In this document: positions 6,354 through 14,000 of the stretch, in pieces
How the letters are laid out: the number at the start of each line of letters is the position of its first letter
How positions within the stretch are numbered: position 1 is the first letter of the stretch
Origin: a virus
Lineage: Duplodnaviria > Caudoviricetes
DNA: 35,678 nt
Strand: one strand, 5' to 3'
IMG/VR virus record: IMGVR_UViG_3300023283_000077
Coordinates: 1 to 35,678 of that record
The notes under the pieces: model-generated
What the model saw: the letters and a program-made list of their open reading frames with translations, nothing else
What the model was told of the DNA's origin: nothing
The model's database searches: none
Translations under genes and position numbers: made by a program

Positions 6354-6917
6354 TCAGACTGCGGCTCGGCCATCTTCGGCGGCCGCGAGCAGGGCGTCAG
6401 CGAGCTCGGAGCAAGACGCCGCCTCCGCCTGATACGCCTGGGCGATCGCCACCAACTCATGCCGGCTCAGCTCGCCCGCGTGCCGCGCCAGGCGAAACCG
6501 GTGCGCGTCGGTCACGTTGTCGAGCCGCGCGTTGTCGCCCAGTGCGCCATCCAGGGCCCTGCCCTGGCACACCGGCGTGGGATAGATCAGGGAGCGGGCG
6601 GCGGCGCGGTAGGGCTCCGGCAGGCAATCGATCAGCTCAAAGGCCAGGTCCAGCGGCATGGAAAGCTCACCACTCATAATCCGGTCCAGCTTGCGTCCCG
6701 CCTTGCGCGGGTCATCCGCCGGCATCAGCGGCGTCTCGCCCCGCCGGTGCCACCGCTCAGCCAGCTCGCCGGCCACCCGGGTCTGCAGCCCGCTGCGGCC
6801 CCAGCCCATGATCCGCCACACGGCCTCCAGCCGCTGCCGCGGTGTGCCCGAGTCCCGCACTGGTTGCGGCACCTGGCTCAGGATTTGTTGCAGGGATGGT
6901 GTCAGGCTGTCATTCAT
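6354..6917 (-). CDS. CII/YdaT-position regulatory protein
   Basis: Coupled to cro (ATGA overlap); helical, LIDCLPEPYR motif. Confidence 0.55.
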   Translation of the reverse strand: MNDSLTPSLQQILSQVPQPVRDSGTPRQRLEAVWRIMGWGRSGLQTRVAGELAERWHRRGETPLMPADDPRKAGRKLDRIMSGELSMPLDLAFELIDCLPEPYRAAARSLIYPTPVCQGRALDGALGDNARLDNVTDAHRFRLARHAGELSRHELVAIAQAYQAEAASCSELADALLAAAEDGRAAV

Positions 6918-7165
6918 GCCGCTTCGCCTCCTGAGCGCATTTCGGCGGGTAGGCCATCGTCCGGGTGGGGGTAGATGTCTGGGCGGAGCTGGTGGGGAGT
7001 GACTCGCCACTTGGTTGCCCTCGCAATCCCGATAACGTGGTCAGCCGGTGCCTTAAGGCTCCTGTTCAGCCAGTTCCAAACGTGCGCCTGCTTGACCCCG
7101 AGAGCTCTGGCAAGAGCCGTCTGGGAGCCACAAATCTGAACGGATTTTTCAAGCGATGTACCCAT
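6914..7165 (-). CDS. cro: Cro-like repressor (YdaS-type)
   Basis: GSQTALARALGVKQAHVWNWL HTH and VTPHQLRPDIY; divergent from cI. Confidence 0.88.
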   Translation of the reverse strand: MGTSLEKSVQICGSQTALARALGVKQAHVWNWLNRSLKAPADHVIGIARATKWRVTPHQLRPDIYPHPDDGLPAEMRSGGEAA

Positions 7166-7172
7166 GCGAATC

Positions 7173-7239
7173 AGAATAAAACCTGAATTGTGCTCAAATC
7201 AATAGGGAAACGAGTATTTTTTTGGACAACAATGCTTGT
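7173..7239. promoter_or_regulatory. OR region: PR promoter and operators
   Basis: Minus-strand TTGATT-N18-TATTCT (7202-7173); operators AAAACCTGAATTGT (7178-7191) and ACAACAATGCTTGT (7226-7239). Confidence 0.75.
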
Positions 7240-7923
7240 ATGGATGAAATCAAAGACCGCGTGCAGAATCTCCGAAGACAGCTTGGACTAACCCAAGTCG
7301 AGCTGGCCAAGCTCGTTGGCGTCAGCCAGCAAAGTATCCAGAAGCTGGAGGCCGGATTCGTCACACGGCCAAAGTTTCTACTGGAACTGGCCACCGCGCT
7401 TGGCGTGGAGCCCGAGTGGCTGGTTAAGGGCGACAGGCAGGCCTTTGCCCCTCGTGAAATTGGCTATGGAATATCGCAAAACCAACTGCCTCAGGAGCCA
7501 GGCGCCGAGTTTGCGCCTGTGCAGCGCGTACGCTTACAGCTCAGTGCCGGCGTGACCGGCTACTCAGTCGATGCGGAGGGCGAGAACGGCAAGCCCATCT
7601 TCTTCCGCCGCGATTTCCTCGCCAGCAAGGGCTGGCGACCTGACCAGCTACTGGCGCTCCGCGTCAATGGCGATAGTATGGAGCCCGGGCTGTGGGACAA
7701 GGACATGGTGGTGATACACACGGCTGACACGGAACCGAGGGACGGGGAGGTGTTCGCGGTCAACTATGAAGGTGAGGCCACCATTAAGCGACTCAAACGG
7801 GATGCCGGCGAGTGGTGGCTGACCTCTGACAACCCTGACAAGACACGCTACCCGGACAAGCGGTGCCACGAGGGGGCCATAATAATAGGCAAAGCGGTTT
7901 ACAAGCAGAGCGAGCGGATATAG
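7240..7923 (+). CDS. cI: CI repressor (434-like HTH + S24 peptidase)
   Basis: [37 protein letters not shown]; Ala-Gly site (LSAG), catalytic GDSM and TIKRL; ATG 7240 preferred over TTG 7222. Confidence 0.93.
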   Translation: [227 protein letters not shown]

Positions 7924-7983
7924 CTCGGAAATTAGCGGTTTCGCGCGCGGCCAGCGAACAGGTAATAAATTGCGTAGAAAAAT

Positions 7984-8025
7984 ATACCCTGAATTGTTGA
8001 CGCAAAACAATACAGGTTGTATGTT
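7984..8025 (+). promoter_or_regulatory. PL promoter with OL operators
   Basis: TTGACG(7997)-N17-TATGTT(8020); operators ATACCCTGAATTGT (7984-7997) and ACAATACAGGTTGT (8007-8020). Confidence 0.8.
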
Positions 8026-8051
8026 GTGGGTGTTGCGAAGGAGCCACACTC

Positions 8052-8297
8052 ATGACCAAAATCACCATCGAGCTGCCCGACGACGCCCCCATGACCGTAC
8101 TGCGCGACCTGGCGGACGCCGTTGACTGCGACCTCAAGCTGCGCCCGGATGGCACCTACGTTGCCAGGCCGCGCATGACCCGCGTCGCTGCTTCCAATGT
8201 TGCGACGTTCCCCAACCAGGTCGGCGCCCGGATGATGCACCGCGCCCGCGCCGCCGACCGCTGCCCGGGGCCTCGCGACCCCAAGGGGGCAGCATGA
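8052..8297 (+). CDS. Hypothetical early protein
   Basis: AAGGAG RBS; first gene after PL; ATGA coupling to next gene. Confidence 0.75.
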   Translation: MTKITIELPDDAPMTVLRDLADAVDCDLKLRPDGTYVARPRMTRVAASNVATFPNQVGARMMHRARAADRCPGPRDPKGAA

Positions 8298-8611
8298 CCC
8301 AGGCCCAATTCACCCCGCGGACCTCCGTGAGCCAGCAGCACCGGGTAACCCAGGCTTTTGGCTGCCTCTACAACGGCGTGGTAATCGACGCGGACATCAC
8401 CCGCCGTGAACCGGACCTGATGACGGAGATCATGGGCGACGGAGCCCAGACCGTGGAGCTGTGCGAAGCAACGCCGGTGCTGGAGCGAGTGAAGGCGCTT
8501 TGTTTCGTCCTCGAAGACCTGGCCGCCATGGCCGGCGAGGCCAGTGTGAATGAGGCGGCGCTGCGCAACGCCCGGCAGCTGATCGAAGACACGCGGGAGA
8601 GGTTCCGTTAA
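8294..8611 (+). CDS. Hypothetical early protein
   Basis: Translationally coupled on both sides. Confidence 0.7.
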   Translation: MTQAQFTPRTSVSQQHRVTQAFGCLYNGVVIDADITRREPDLMTEIMGDGAQTVELCEATPVLERVKALCFVLEDLAAMAGEASVNEAALRNARQLIEDTRERFR

Positions 8612-8868
8612 TGCAGACGTTCTCCGTGGGCGAGGCGGCCCGGATGCTCAACATGGGTCCCAAGAGCCTATTCCGGACCCTGCGGGACAACCGCATCCTG
8701 GACGCAAATAACCTCCCGTACCGTCACTACGTGGACGCAGGCTACTTCCGCGTCAAGCTTAGCGTCGCGCCTACGGAAATTGGCGACCGGGCCTATGGAC
8801 AGCCCAGGGTCACGCCTCGTGGCCTGCAGTATCTGGAGAGGCGCTTTGCCGGGGGCGCTGCCTCGTAA
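8611..8868 (+). CDS. Stand-alone antirepressor KilA-C (ANT) domain protein
   Basis: SVGEAARML-MGPKSLFRTLRD-IL-NLPYRHYVDAGYF-QPRVTPRGLQYL pattern. Confidence 0.8.
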   Translation: MQTFSVGEAARMLNMGPKSLFRTLRDNRILDANNLPYRHYVDAGYFRVKLSVAPTEIGDRAYGQPRVTPRGLQYLERRFAGGAAS

Positions 8869-8908
8869 ATGCTCAGCTACAACAAACCGACCGAATGAGG
8901 GCAGGATC

Positions 8909-9280
8909 ATGACTGACACAAAACACCGCGACACCGACGTGCCGCAATTGCTCGACGACCTGGACGGCGGAGTGTTCCAGCAAAAGCTGGCCCGCGCATT
9001 CAGCGACGTGGCGGCCGGAGTGATCGACCAGGACAAGAAGGGCCGCGTAACGCTCTCGTTTGATTTTGAGCGCATCGGAACATCTCACCAGGTCAAGCTC
9101 GTGCATAGGCTTGGCTACACCATGCCAACAATGCGCGGCAAGCTGACGGAGGAAGACACCACCGAGACGCCATTGCACGTCAACACCGGCGGCCGCCTGT
9201 CGCTCTTCCCCGAAAACCAGGGCCAGCTTTTTTCCCGCCAGGGCGAGCCGGCCAAATCTACCCAGGAGAATGACCAATGA
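8909..9280 (+). CDS. YfdP-like protein (partner of DUF2303)
   Basis: TDVPQLLDDLDGGVFQQKL-KKGRVTL-GKLTEEDTTETPLHV pattern; directly upstream of the DUF2303-like gene. Confidence 0.75.
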   Translation: MTDTKHRDTDVPQLLDDLDGGVFQQKLARAFSDVAAGVIDQDKKGRVTLSFDFERIGTSHQVKLVHRLGYTMPTMRGKLTEEDTTETPLHVNTGGRLSLFPENQGQLFSRQGEPAKSTQENDQ

Positions 9281-10104
9281 ACAAAGAGTTTCTCACTGAT
9301 CTCCGGTCCGTGCTGGCATCCAGTGCTGCTAGGGCAGACGTCCGCGACCTGACGGGCATGCAGGTCGCGTTACCTGAATCTGTGCGCGTGGTAGACCTCG
9401 AGCGGTTTTGCGATTCGCGCCGCCGCTACAGGGGCGCCATGCGTACCTCGTCGATCACCGACTATGTGGCCTACAGCCGGGTCGCCGCGGCCGAGTCCAA
9501 AGAGGAGTGCCTCTGCTTCATCGACGCTGACGACATGTCGGCCACCACCTTTTTCAACCTGGGCGACCAATCGGCGCCCGGGCACGGCGATTACCAGAGC
9601 TACCTGAGACTCAAAGAAACCGCGCCGCTACTGGAGCTGAAGGCGCGGCACGGGCGCCGTCTTACCCAGACTGAGCTTGCGGAATGGATTGAAGACTGGG
9701 CCGCCCACATCGAAGCGATAGACGAGGATGGCGCCATCATCCCGCTAGGCTGCGCTGCTGCAGCTGTCCGGCGCATCACGATTGGCGCACAGGCTGAGCA
9801 GACCACCGAAGAGAGCAGTTTCGGGGCCCGCCGCACGTCCATGACGGAGGTCGAGGCCAAGAACCGGCACCAATTCCCGGCGTTCATCGACTTCAGCTGT
9901 GAGCCCTACCAGGGTTTGCCACAGCGGAGTTTCCGCGCACGGTTGGGCCTCATTACCGGCGATTCCCCTAGCATCTCGCTGCGCGTTGTCCGCATGGAGC
10001 AACATCAGGAGGAGATGGCTAAGGAGCTGGTGGAAGAACTGGAGAAGGGATTCGGAGGCTCAGCCGTCAGCTGCCATGTCGGCAGCTTCGCGGTGGGTGG
10101 TTAA
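9277..10104 (+). CDS. DUF2303 / YfdQ-family protein
   Basis: DLERF-RRRYRG-TSSITDY, FNLG-PGHGD, QTELAEWIEDW, F-CEPYQGL. Confidence 0.85.
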   Translation: MNKEFLTDLRSVLASSAARADVRDLTGMQVALPESVRVVDLERFCDSRRRYRGAMRTSSITDYVAYSRVAAAESKEECLCFIDADDMSATTFFNLGDQSAPGHGDYQSYLRLKETAPLLELKARHGRRLTQTELAEWIEDWAAHIEAIDEDGAIIPLGCAAAAVRRITIGAQAEQTTEESSFGARRTSMTEVEAKNRHQFPAFIDFSCEPYQGLPQRSFRARLGLITGDSPSISLRVVRMEQHQEEMAKELVEELEKGFGGSAVSCHVGSFAVGG

Positions 10105-10107
10105 GCC

Positions 10108-10608
10108 ATGGCCCGCCGCAAAAGCCACAACCCAACCAAACGCATGCAGCGTTTTTTCAGCTGCCTGACGCTCTGGAGCTGGGAAAGCGATGTAGATCCC
10201 GTCTCGAGTCTGCGCAACGCCCGGGCAACTGCCCGAGTGAACGGCGTCTGGCAGGATCTGGGTCCGTCCCACGTGAGCATGCTGGTCAACACCCCGCTCA
10301 ACTGGCGCCTGTGCTGCCGGGCCCTGTGCCGTGGCGCTGGTGAGGAGTGGGTGGAGCTGGAGATGACCGAGGCCAAGCAGGTCGCGCTCAACGACCTGGA
10401 GGAGCTGTATCGCATGCTCCGCACCCAGGTCACCGAGCACATCCGGCAGGACATGGTGGCGGATATCGGCTGGATAGCCACCACCTTCCTCAACCGCCCG
10501 GACGACGACCGCTGGTACCTGCACGGGCTCGGCCACTGGACCGAGGAGCGCCAGGCCCTGTGGCTCAAGTACCAGGACCGAGTGATCGAGGGAGTGAAGG
10601 TGGCATGA
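10108..10608 (+). CDS. Hypothetical phage protein
   Basis: In-operon ORF, coupled to next gene. Confidence 0.75.
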   Translation: MARRKSHNPTKRMQRFFSCLTLWSWESDVDPVSSLRNARATARVNGVWQDLGPSHVSMLVNTPLNWRLCCRALCRGAGEEWVELEMTEAKQVALNDLEELYRMLRTQVTEHIRQDMVADIGWIATTFLNRPDDDRWYLHGLGHWTEERQALWLKYQDRVIEGVKVA

Positions 10609-10790
10609 CCCACCGCCTGCGCCAGCTCACCCGGGCCTATCGACGCGCCAAGCGCTTGCTGGGCCGCGCCAATAAGGGGGCGGCGCTGCTGGCCCCGGCT
10701 ATTCGCTGGTGCAGCCAGTTAAGGCGGATGCTGGCCCAGGGAGCCGAGCGCGTGCATGCAGCCCTCTATAACCGGAGACCACAGCAATGA
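10605..10790 (+). CDS. Hypothetical basic protein (61 aa)
   Basis: ATGA overlaps at both ends. Confidence 0.6.
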   Translation: MTHRLRQLTRAYRRAKRLLGRANKGAALLAPAIRWCSQLRRMLAQGAERVHAALYNRRPQQ

Positions 10791-11338
10791 CTGACGACAC
10801 CCCGGAAATTCGCGAAATCATCCTGGCCGCTGCACACACCCCTTGCTCGACCAAGGCGATACAGGCACAAGTCTGCGACATCATCCCCGAGCGCTCCGAC
10901 CTGTCGCGCATCCTGGGCAACATGAAGCGTGACGGGGAGCTTAAGCGCTACGGCAACGGCTATTGGGCGCCTACGGAGCTGGCCGGGTCCGGACGCACCG
11001 GCAAAACCCGCAACCCAAACATCGACCCGGACGATCCACGCCTCGCCAGGGCCAGGCCTGAGGGCCAACCCGACCCACTCCCGGCCATCGAAGCCCTCGA
11101 GCGGCGTCTGACTGGCACCGTGGAGCGGCTTGACCTCAAGCGCCAGACGCTGGAGCGGTTGGCGCAGATACTGGATCCGAGCATTGGGGAGGTGCTGGAG
11201 GAGATACGGCAGGATTTGGAGGGCGCTGCATGTGCGCAATACAACAAGCCAATGCTGAATACACCGAATACGACAATGGACCTGACCATGACTGGCGCAG
11301 CATCGGAGACGGCGGCGAAGATAAGCCCGACGCCATAA
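10787..11338 (+). CDS. Putative winged-helix protein
   Basis: GGAG RBS; SDLSRILGNMKRDGELKRYGNGYW wHTH-like pattern. Confidence 0.65.
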   Translation: MTDDTPEIREIILAAAHTPCSTKAIQAQVCDIIPERSDLSRILGNMKRDGELKRYGNGYWAPTELAGSGRTGKTRNPNIDPDDPRLARARPEGQPDPLPAIEALERRLTGTVERLDLKRQTLERLAQILDPSIGEVLEEIRQDLEGAACAQYNKPMLNTPNTTMDLTMTGAASETAAKISPTP

Positions 11339-11593
11339 TTCTGCTGCGCCGACGGAGAACAAGACTGGCTTGAGCTATCCACAACCTGGAGGCCGTTTGT
11401 GCAGGTTGGCCCGCAAGGGCGCACAAGCTGGAGCACAAAGCGGCTAGCCCAGGCTATAGATCAGTTAGTGGATATGGGCCTGATCGAGGACGTAGACGGC
11501 GCAGATTGTAAGTGGCGGCTAACCCAGGAAGGGCAAAAGTGGACGTTCGAACCCGAGCTATCCGAGAGAGGGCTGAAAGGGAGACTGAAATGA
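11230..11593 (+). pseudogene. Possible frameshifted winged-helix gene
   Basis: ATG 11230 with GGAGG RBS reads to TGA 11373; the +1 frame from about 11354 continues GEQDWLEL...RLAQAIDQLVDMGLIE...KWRLT to 11593. Confidence 0.4.
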
Positions 11594-12327
11594 CCAGATG
11601 CACAAACGACGCAGATTACGGCCTTGTTGAGGTGGGCTCAATGTACCAGTGGGCGTACTGGCATTCCGACAGGTGGCTGATCCAGGCCCAGCTGGAGGCC
11701 ATCTACCAACTCTCAAAGCGGTGTGACTACCTGGAGGCACTGGATCGCGTCCAGGGTCTCAACTCGCCACTGCACATCCCACGTTGCGACGAGTGCGGCG
11801 AGGAGCTGGATTACCTGCCGTGGCATTTTTCGGAGATCCGCAACAGGCTGCAATACAGGGATCTGCGCGCTTGCGATGACTGCTGGCCCCGCGTAAAGCG
11901 GCGGATGCTCACGCTCCTAAAAACCCGAAACATCGGGGGAATCGTCGCTGAAGCCAAGGCCGAGGCCCTGGAAGAAGCCGCCCGGCTGATCGAAGCTGCG
12001 CCACAGAGGACGCCCTACGGTCGGATTGACATGCAAGCCGTCGCAAAGATTCACCGCGAGCGAGCGCGTGAATACAGGGAAGGCCAGGAAGGGCCGTTGA
12101 TGATGCCTGTTAGGGTCACCCAGGAGATGATAGAGGCCGGGGCACAGAGGCTGGTCCGCTGGGATGACGGCTGCAAATGGCCTGACAGTTGGGATGCCCT
12201 GGACGTAGCAGCTGCCAGGAGTGACGCAGAGCGAGTTATCCGGTCGGCGTTGGCAGTGTCCGGCGAGTTATCGCCCGAAAAACACGCCAACACGACGGTG
12301 GACGACCCCGTTCACGGCGAAAATTAG
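11590..12327 (+). CDS. Hypothetical mosaic early protein with CxxC-CxxC motif
   Basis: ATGA coupling at 11590; CDECG...CDDC; AEAKAEALEEAA segment. Confidence 0.65.
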   Translation: MTRCTNDADYGLVEVGSMYQWAYWHSDRWLIQAQLEAIYQLSKRCDYLEALDRVQGLNSPLHIPRCDECGEELDYLPWHFSEIRNRLQYRDLRACDDCWPRVKRRMLTLLKTRNIGGIVAEAKAEALEEAARLIEAAPQRTPYGRIDMQAVAKIHRERAREYREGQEGPLMMPVRVTQEMIEAGAQRLVRWDDGCKWPDSWDALDVAAARSDAERVIRSALAVSGELSPEKHANTTVDDPVHGEN

Positions 12328-12385
12328 CCGGTAGGATGAATACCGCGTTTTCGCTTGCGAGGTAGGAATGACGTACCAAATGAAC

Positions 12386-13060
12386 TCAGAGATCGCCAAC
12401 CAGATAGTCGATGAATCGCTGCTCCGCGATCAGGGAAACCGCGTGCCCCTGCTCCCGGAGCTCCACAGCCTTTTCGATTTTTCGCCCGAACGTGGAGTGG
12501 ATCCAGTCCCGGCTGCCGATTTCGCCGATCACGAGGAAATTGGTTTTTTTCGAGGGATTGGGCTTAACGAAGCCTCCCCGCAGGGTGATGCGCTCCTCAA
12601 CCTGCCGCCGGCTGCCCCAGGCAAACTGGCCAGTGAGGCAGAACCCGACGCCGTGGAAGGCGACCCGCGGCGGGGGATCGTCGAGGGGCAAGGTACTGCT
12701 GGCGCTCCTGCCAGTGGCGCCGACTTTGGGGGCTCCAGTGATATCCATCAGCAAATCCAGGAGCTCCTTCTCCTCGTCGTCGTCCAGGATACCGTCCTCC
12801 AACATGGCCTGTATCCTGGGGTAGATCACCTTTGCCGGCCATTTGCTGGCTGCGTGCCGGTTGGACTCCAGCCAGTCCAGGAGAAACTGGGCCTCCGACT
12901 GGTTGACCGCGCCGTCAGACAGCACGCCCTTGCACAGCCCGATGATCTCATCCACCTGCCGGTCCGCCACATGGGACCAGGCCAGACGTGGGTCTACGGG
13001 CTGCCCGTGTTCGTTAAGCGGTGTGCTGCCACGCGAGGTGGCGCGGGGGAAGATGGCCAT
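12386..13060 (-). CDS. TerB-like helical domain + BRCT domain protein (accessory gene)
   Basis: DGAVNQSE...DGILDDDE metal-binding-like motifs; BRCT FCLTG-F-R-GG-SKKTNFLVIG-GRKIEKA; start 13060 or 13150. Confidence 0.8.
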   Translation of the reverse strand: MAIFPRATSRGSTPLNEHGQPVDPRLAWSHVADRQVDEIIGLCKGVLSDGAVNQSEAQFLLDWLESNRHAASKWPAKVIYPRIQAMLEDGILDDDEEKELLDLLMDITGAPKVGATGRSASSTLPLDDPPPRVAFHGVGFCLTGQFAWGSRRQVEERITLRGGFVKPNPSKKTNFLVIGEIGSRDWIHSTFGRKIEKAVELREQGHAVSLIAEQRFIDYLVGDL

Positions 13061-13237
13061 GGCTACTGTGCTTCTGTATCTGGACGATCCGTAGACAAAA
13101 GCGTTATGAGTGCGGGTTAAGCTACCCTGGTCTATTAATTTCAACGACATGCGGCGCCGCCCTCGTCAGCTATGCGCTATAATGACCAACTGTGACCAGC
13201 TATTGGTCACCAAATGCCCGCCACATTTGGAGGTGAT

Positions 13238-13702
13238 ATGATCCGCGTTTTCCTAATCTTGCTCCTAGCGCCAGGCGTCGTAGCTGCAGATATCTACAAG
13301 TGCGGGGTGGACGGCAAAGTGGAGTTCTCGGACTCGCCCTGCGGGGACTCGGCAGAGCGGGTTGAGGTGCGTGATAACCGCATCGGCGGCTCGCTATCGG
13401 AGGGGCTGACTGGCCGATCGTTTGCCGCGGAGGAGGGCGGCGCCGACCAGGCGGAGGACGATGAGGGTGGTTACGACTGCCCACACATATCAAGTACCCG
13501 GCTGCGCCAGCTCAAGATCCGCGAAGAGGTGGCACCGGGGATGAGCCCGGGCGACGTACTGGACACCTGGGGCCAGCCGAACCAGATCACGACCGAGCAC
13601 GAGCTCGTGCGCTGGACATTCCAGGATTTCTACGGGGAGCGTCACATCTACTTTTACGATGACTGCATGGTATCCCGGGATTCGCACATTGACCTGAGAT
13701 AG
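13238..13702 (+). CDS. Exported DUF4124-like protein with C-terminal SmpA/BamE-like domain (accessory gene)
   Basis: GGAGGTG RBS; signal peptide; IYKC-DGKVEFSDSPC; GMSPGDV-WGQP. Confidence 0.75.
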   Translation: MIRVFLILLLAPGVVAADIYKCGVDGKVEFSDSPCGDSAERVEVRDNRIGGSLSEGLTGRSFAAEEGGADQAEDDEGGYDCPHISSTRLRQLKIREEVAPGMSPGDVLDTWGQPNQITTEHELVRWTFQDFYGERHIYFYDDCMVSRDSHIDLR

Positions 13703-13738
13703 AGTCAGTCCTCCGGGAGCTCACCCGATGATATCTGA

Positions 13739-13756
13739 GGGGTCGCCTCCGGCCCC
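13739..13756. terminator. Hairpin between convergent tail operon and accessory gene
   Basis: GGGGTCG-CCTC-CGGCCCC; no strong U tract. Confidence 0.45.
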
Positions 13757-13758
13757 GC

Positions 13759-13992
13759 TCAAACAAACTGCGTAGCCGTCGGCAGGTCCGGTGCCTCGCC
13801 GATGATCCGCTGGCCCTCGACCCAGGCTTTTTTGCCGGCCGCTATGCTGTCTCCCTGCAGGCGCACCTGGCTGCCATCGGATCGGGTGGCGAGGCTGGTG
13901 CCGTCTGCCAGTACCTGGTCCACGGTGACCACAAACCGCCGCTGCTGGGGCAGCAGGCCCTTGAATCGCTGCCAGGGGTTTACCGTTGCCAT
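13759..13992 (-). CDS. Small tail-tip protein (77 aa)
   Basis: GGAGG RBS before ATG 13992; beta-rich; last gene of tail operon. Confidence 0.7.
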   Translation of the reverse strand: MATVNPWQRFKGLLPQQRRFVVTVDQVLADGTSLATRSDGSQVRLQGDSIAAGKKAWVEGQRIIGEAPDLPTATQFV

Positions 13993-14000
13993 GTTGCCTC

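Noticed and set aside
6354-7165. YdaS/YdaT toxin-antitoxin system
   Set aside because: Position and divergence from cI identify these as Cro and CII-position regulators
12386-13060. NAD-dependent DNA ligase
   Set aside because: Only a BRCT domain; no adenylation (KxDG) or OB domain, far too short
12368-13120. 250-aa plus-strand ORF
   Set aside because: Antisense shadow of the TerB/BRCT gene, no motifs
13170-13200. dif-like XerCD site for integrase-free integration
   Set aside because: Only TGCGC-ATAAT resemblance; no XerD arm (TTATGTTAAA-like)
13739-13749. GGGGTCGCCTC resembling a Tn3-family inverted repeat start
   Set aside because: Similarity stops at 11 bp, no partner end seen; explained by a hairpin between convergent genes
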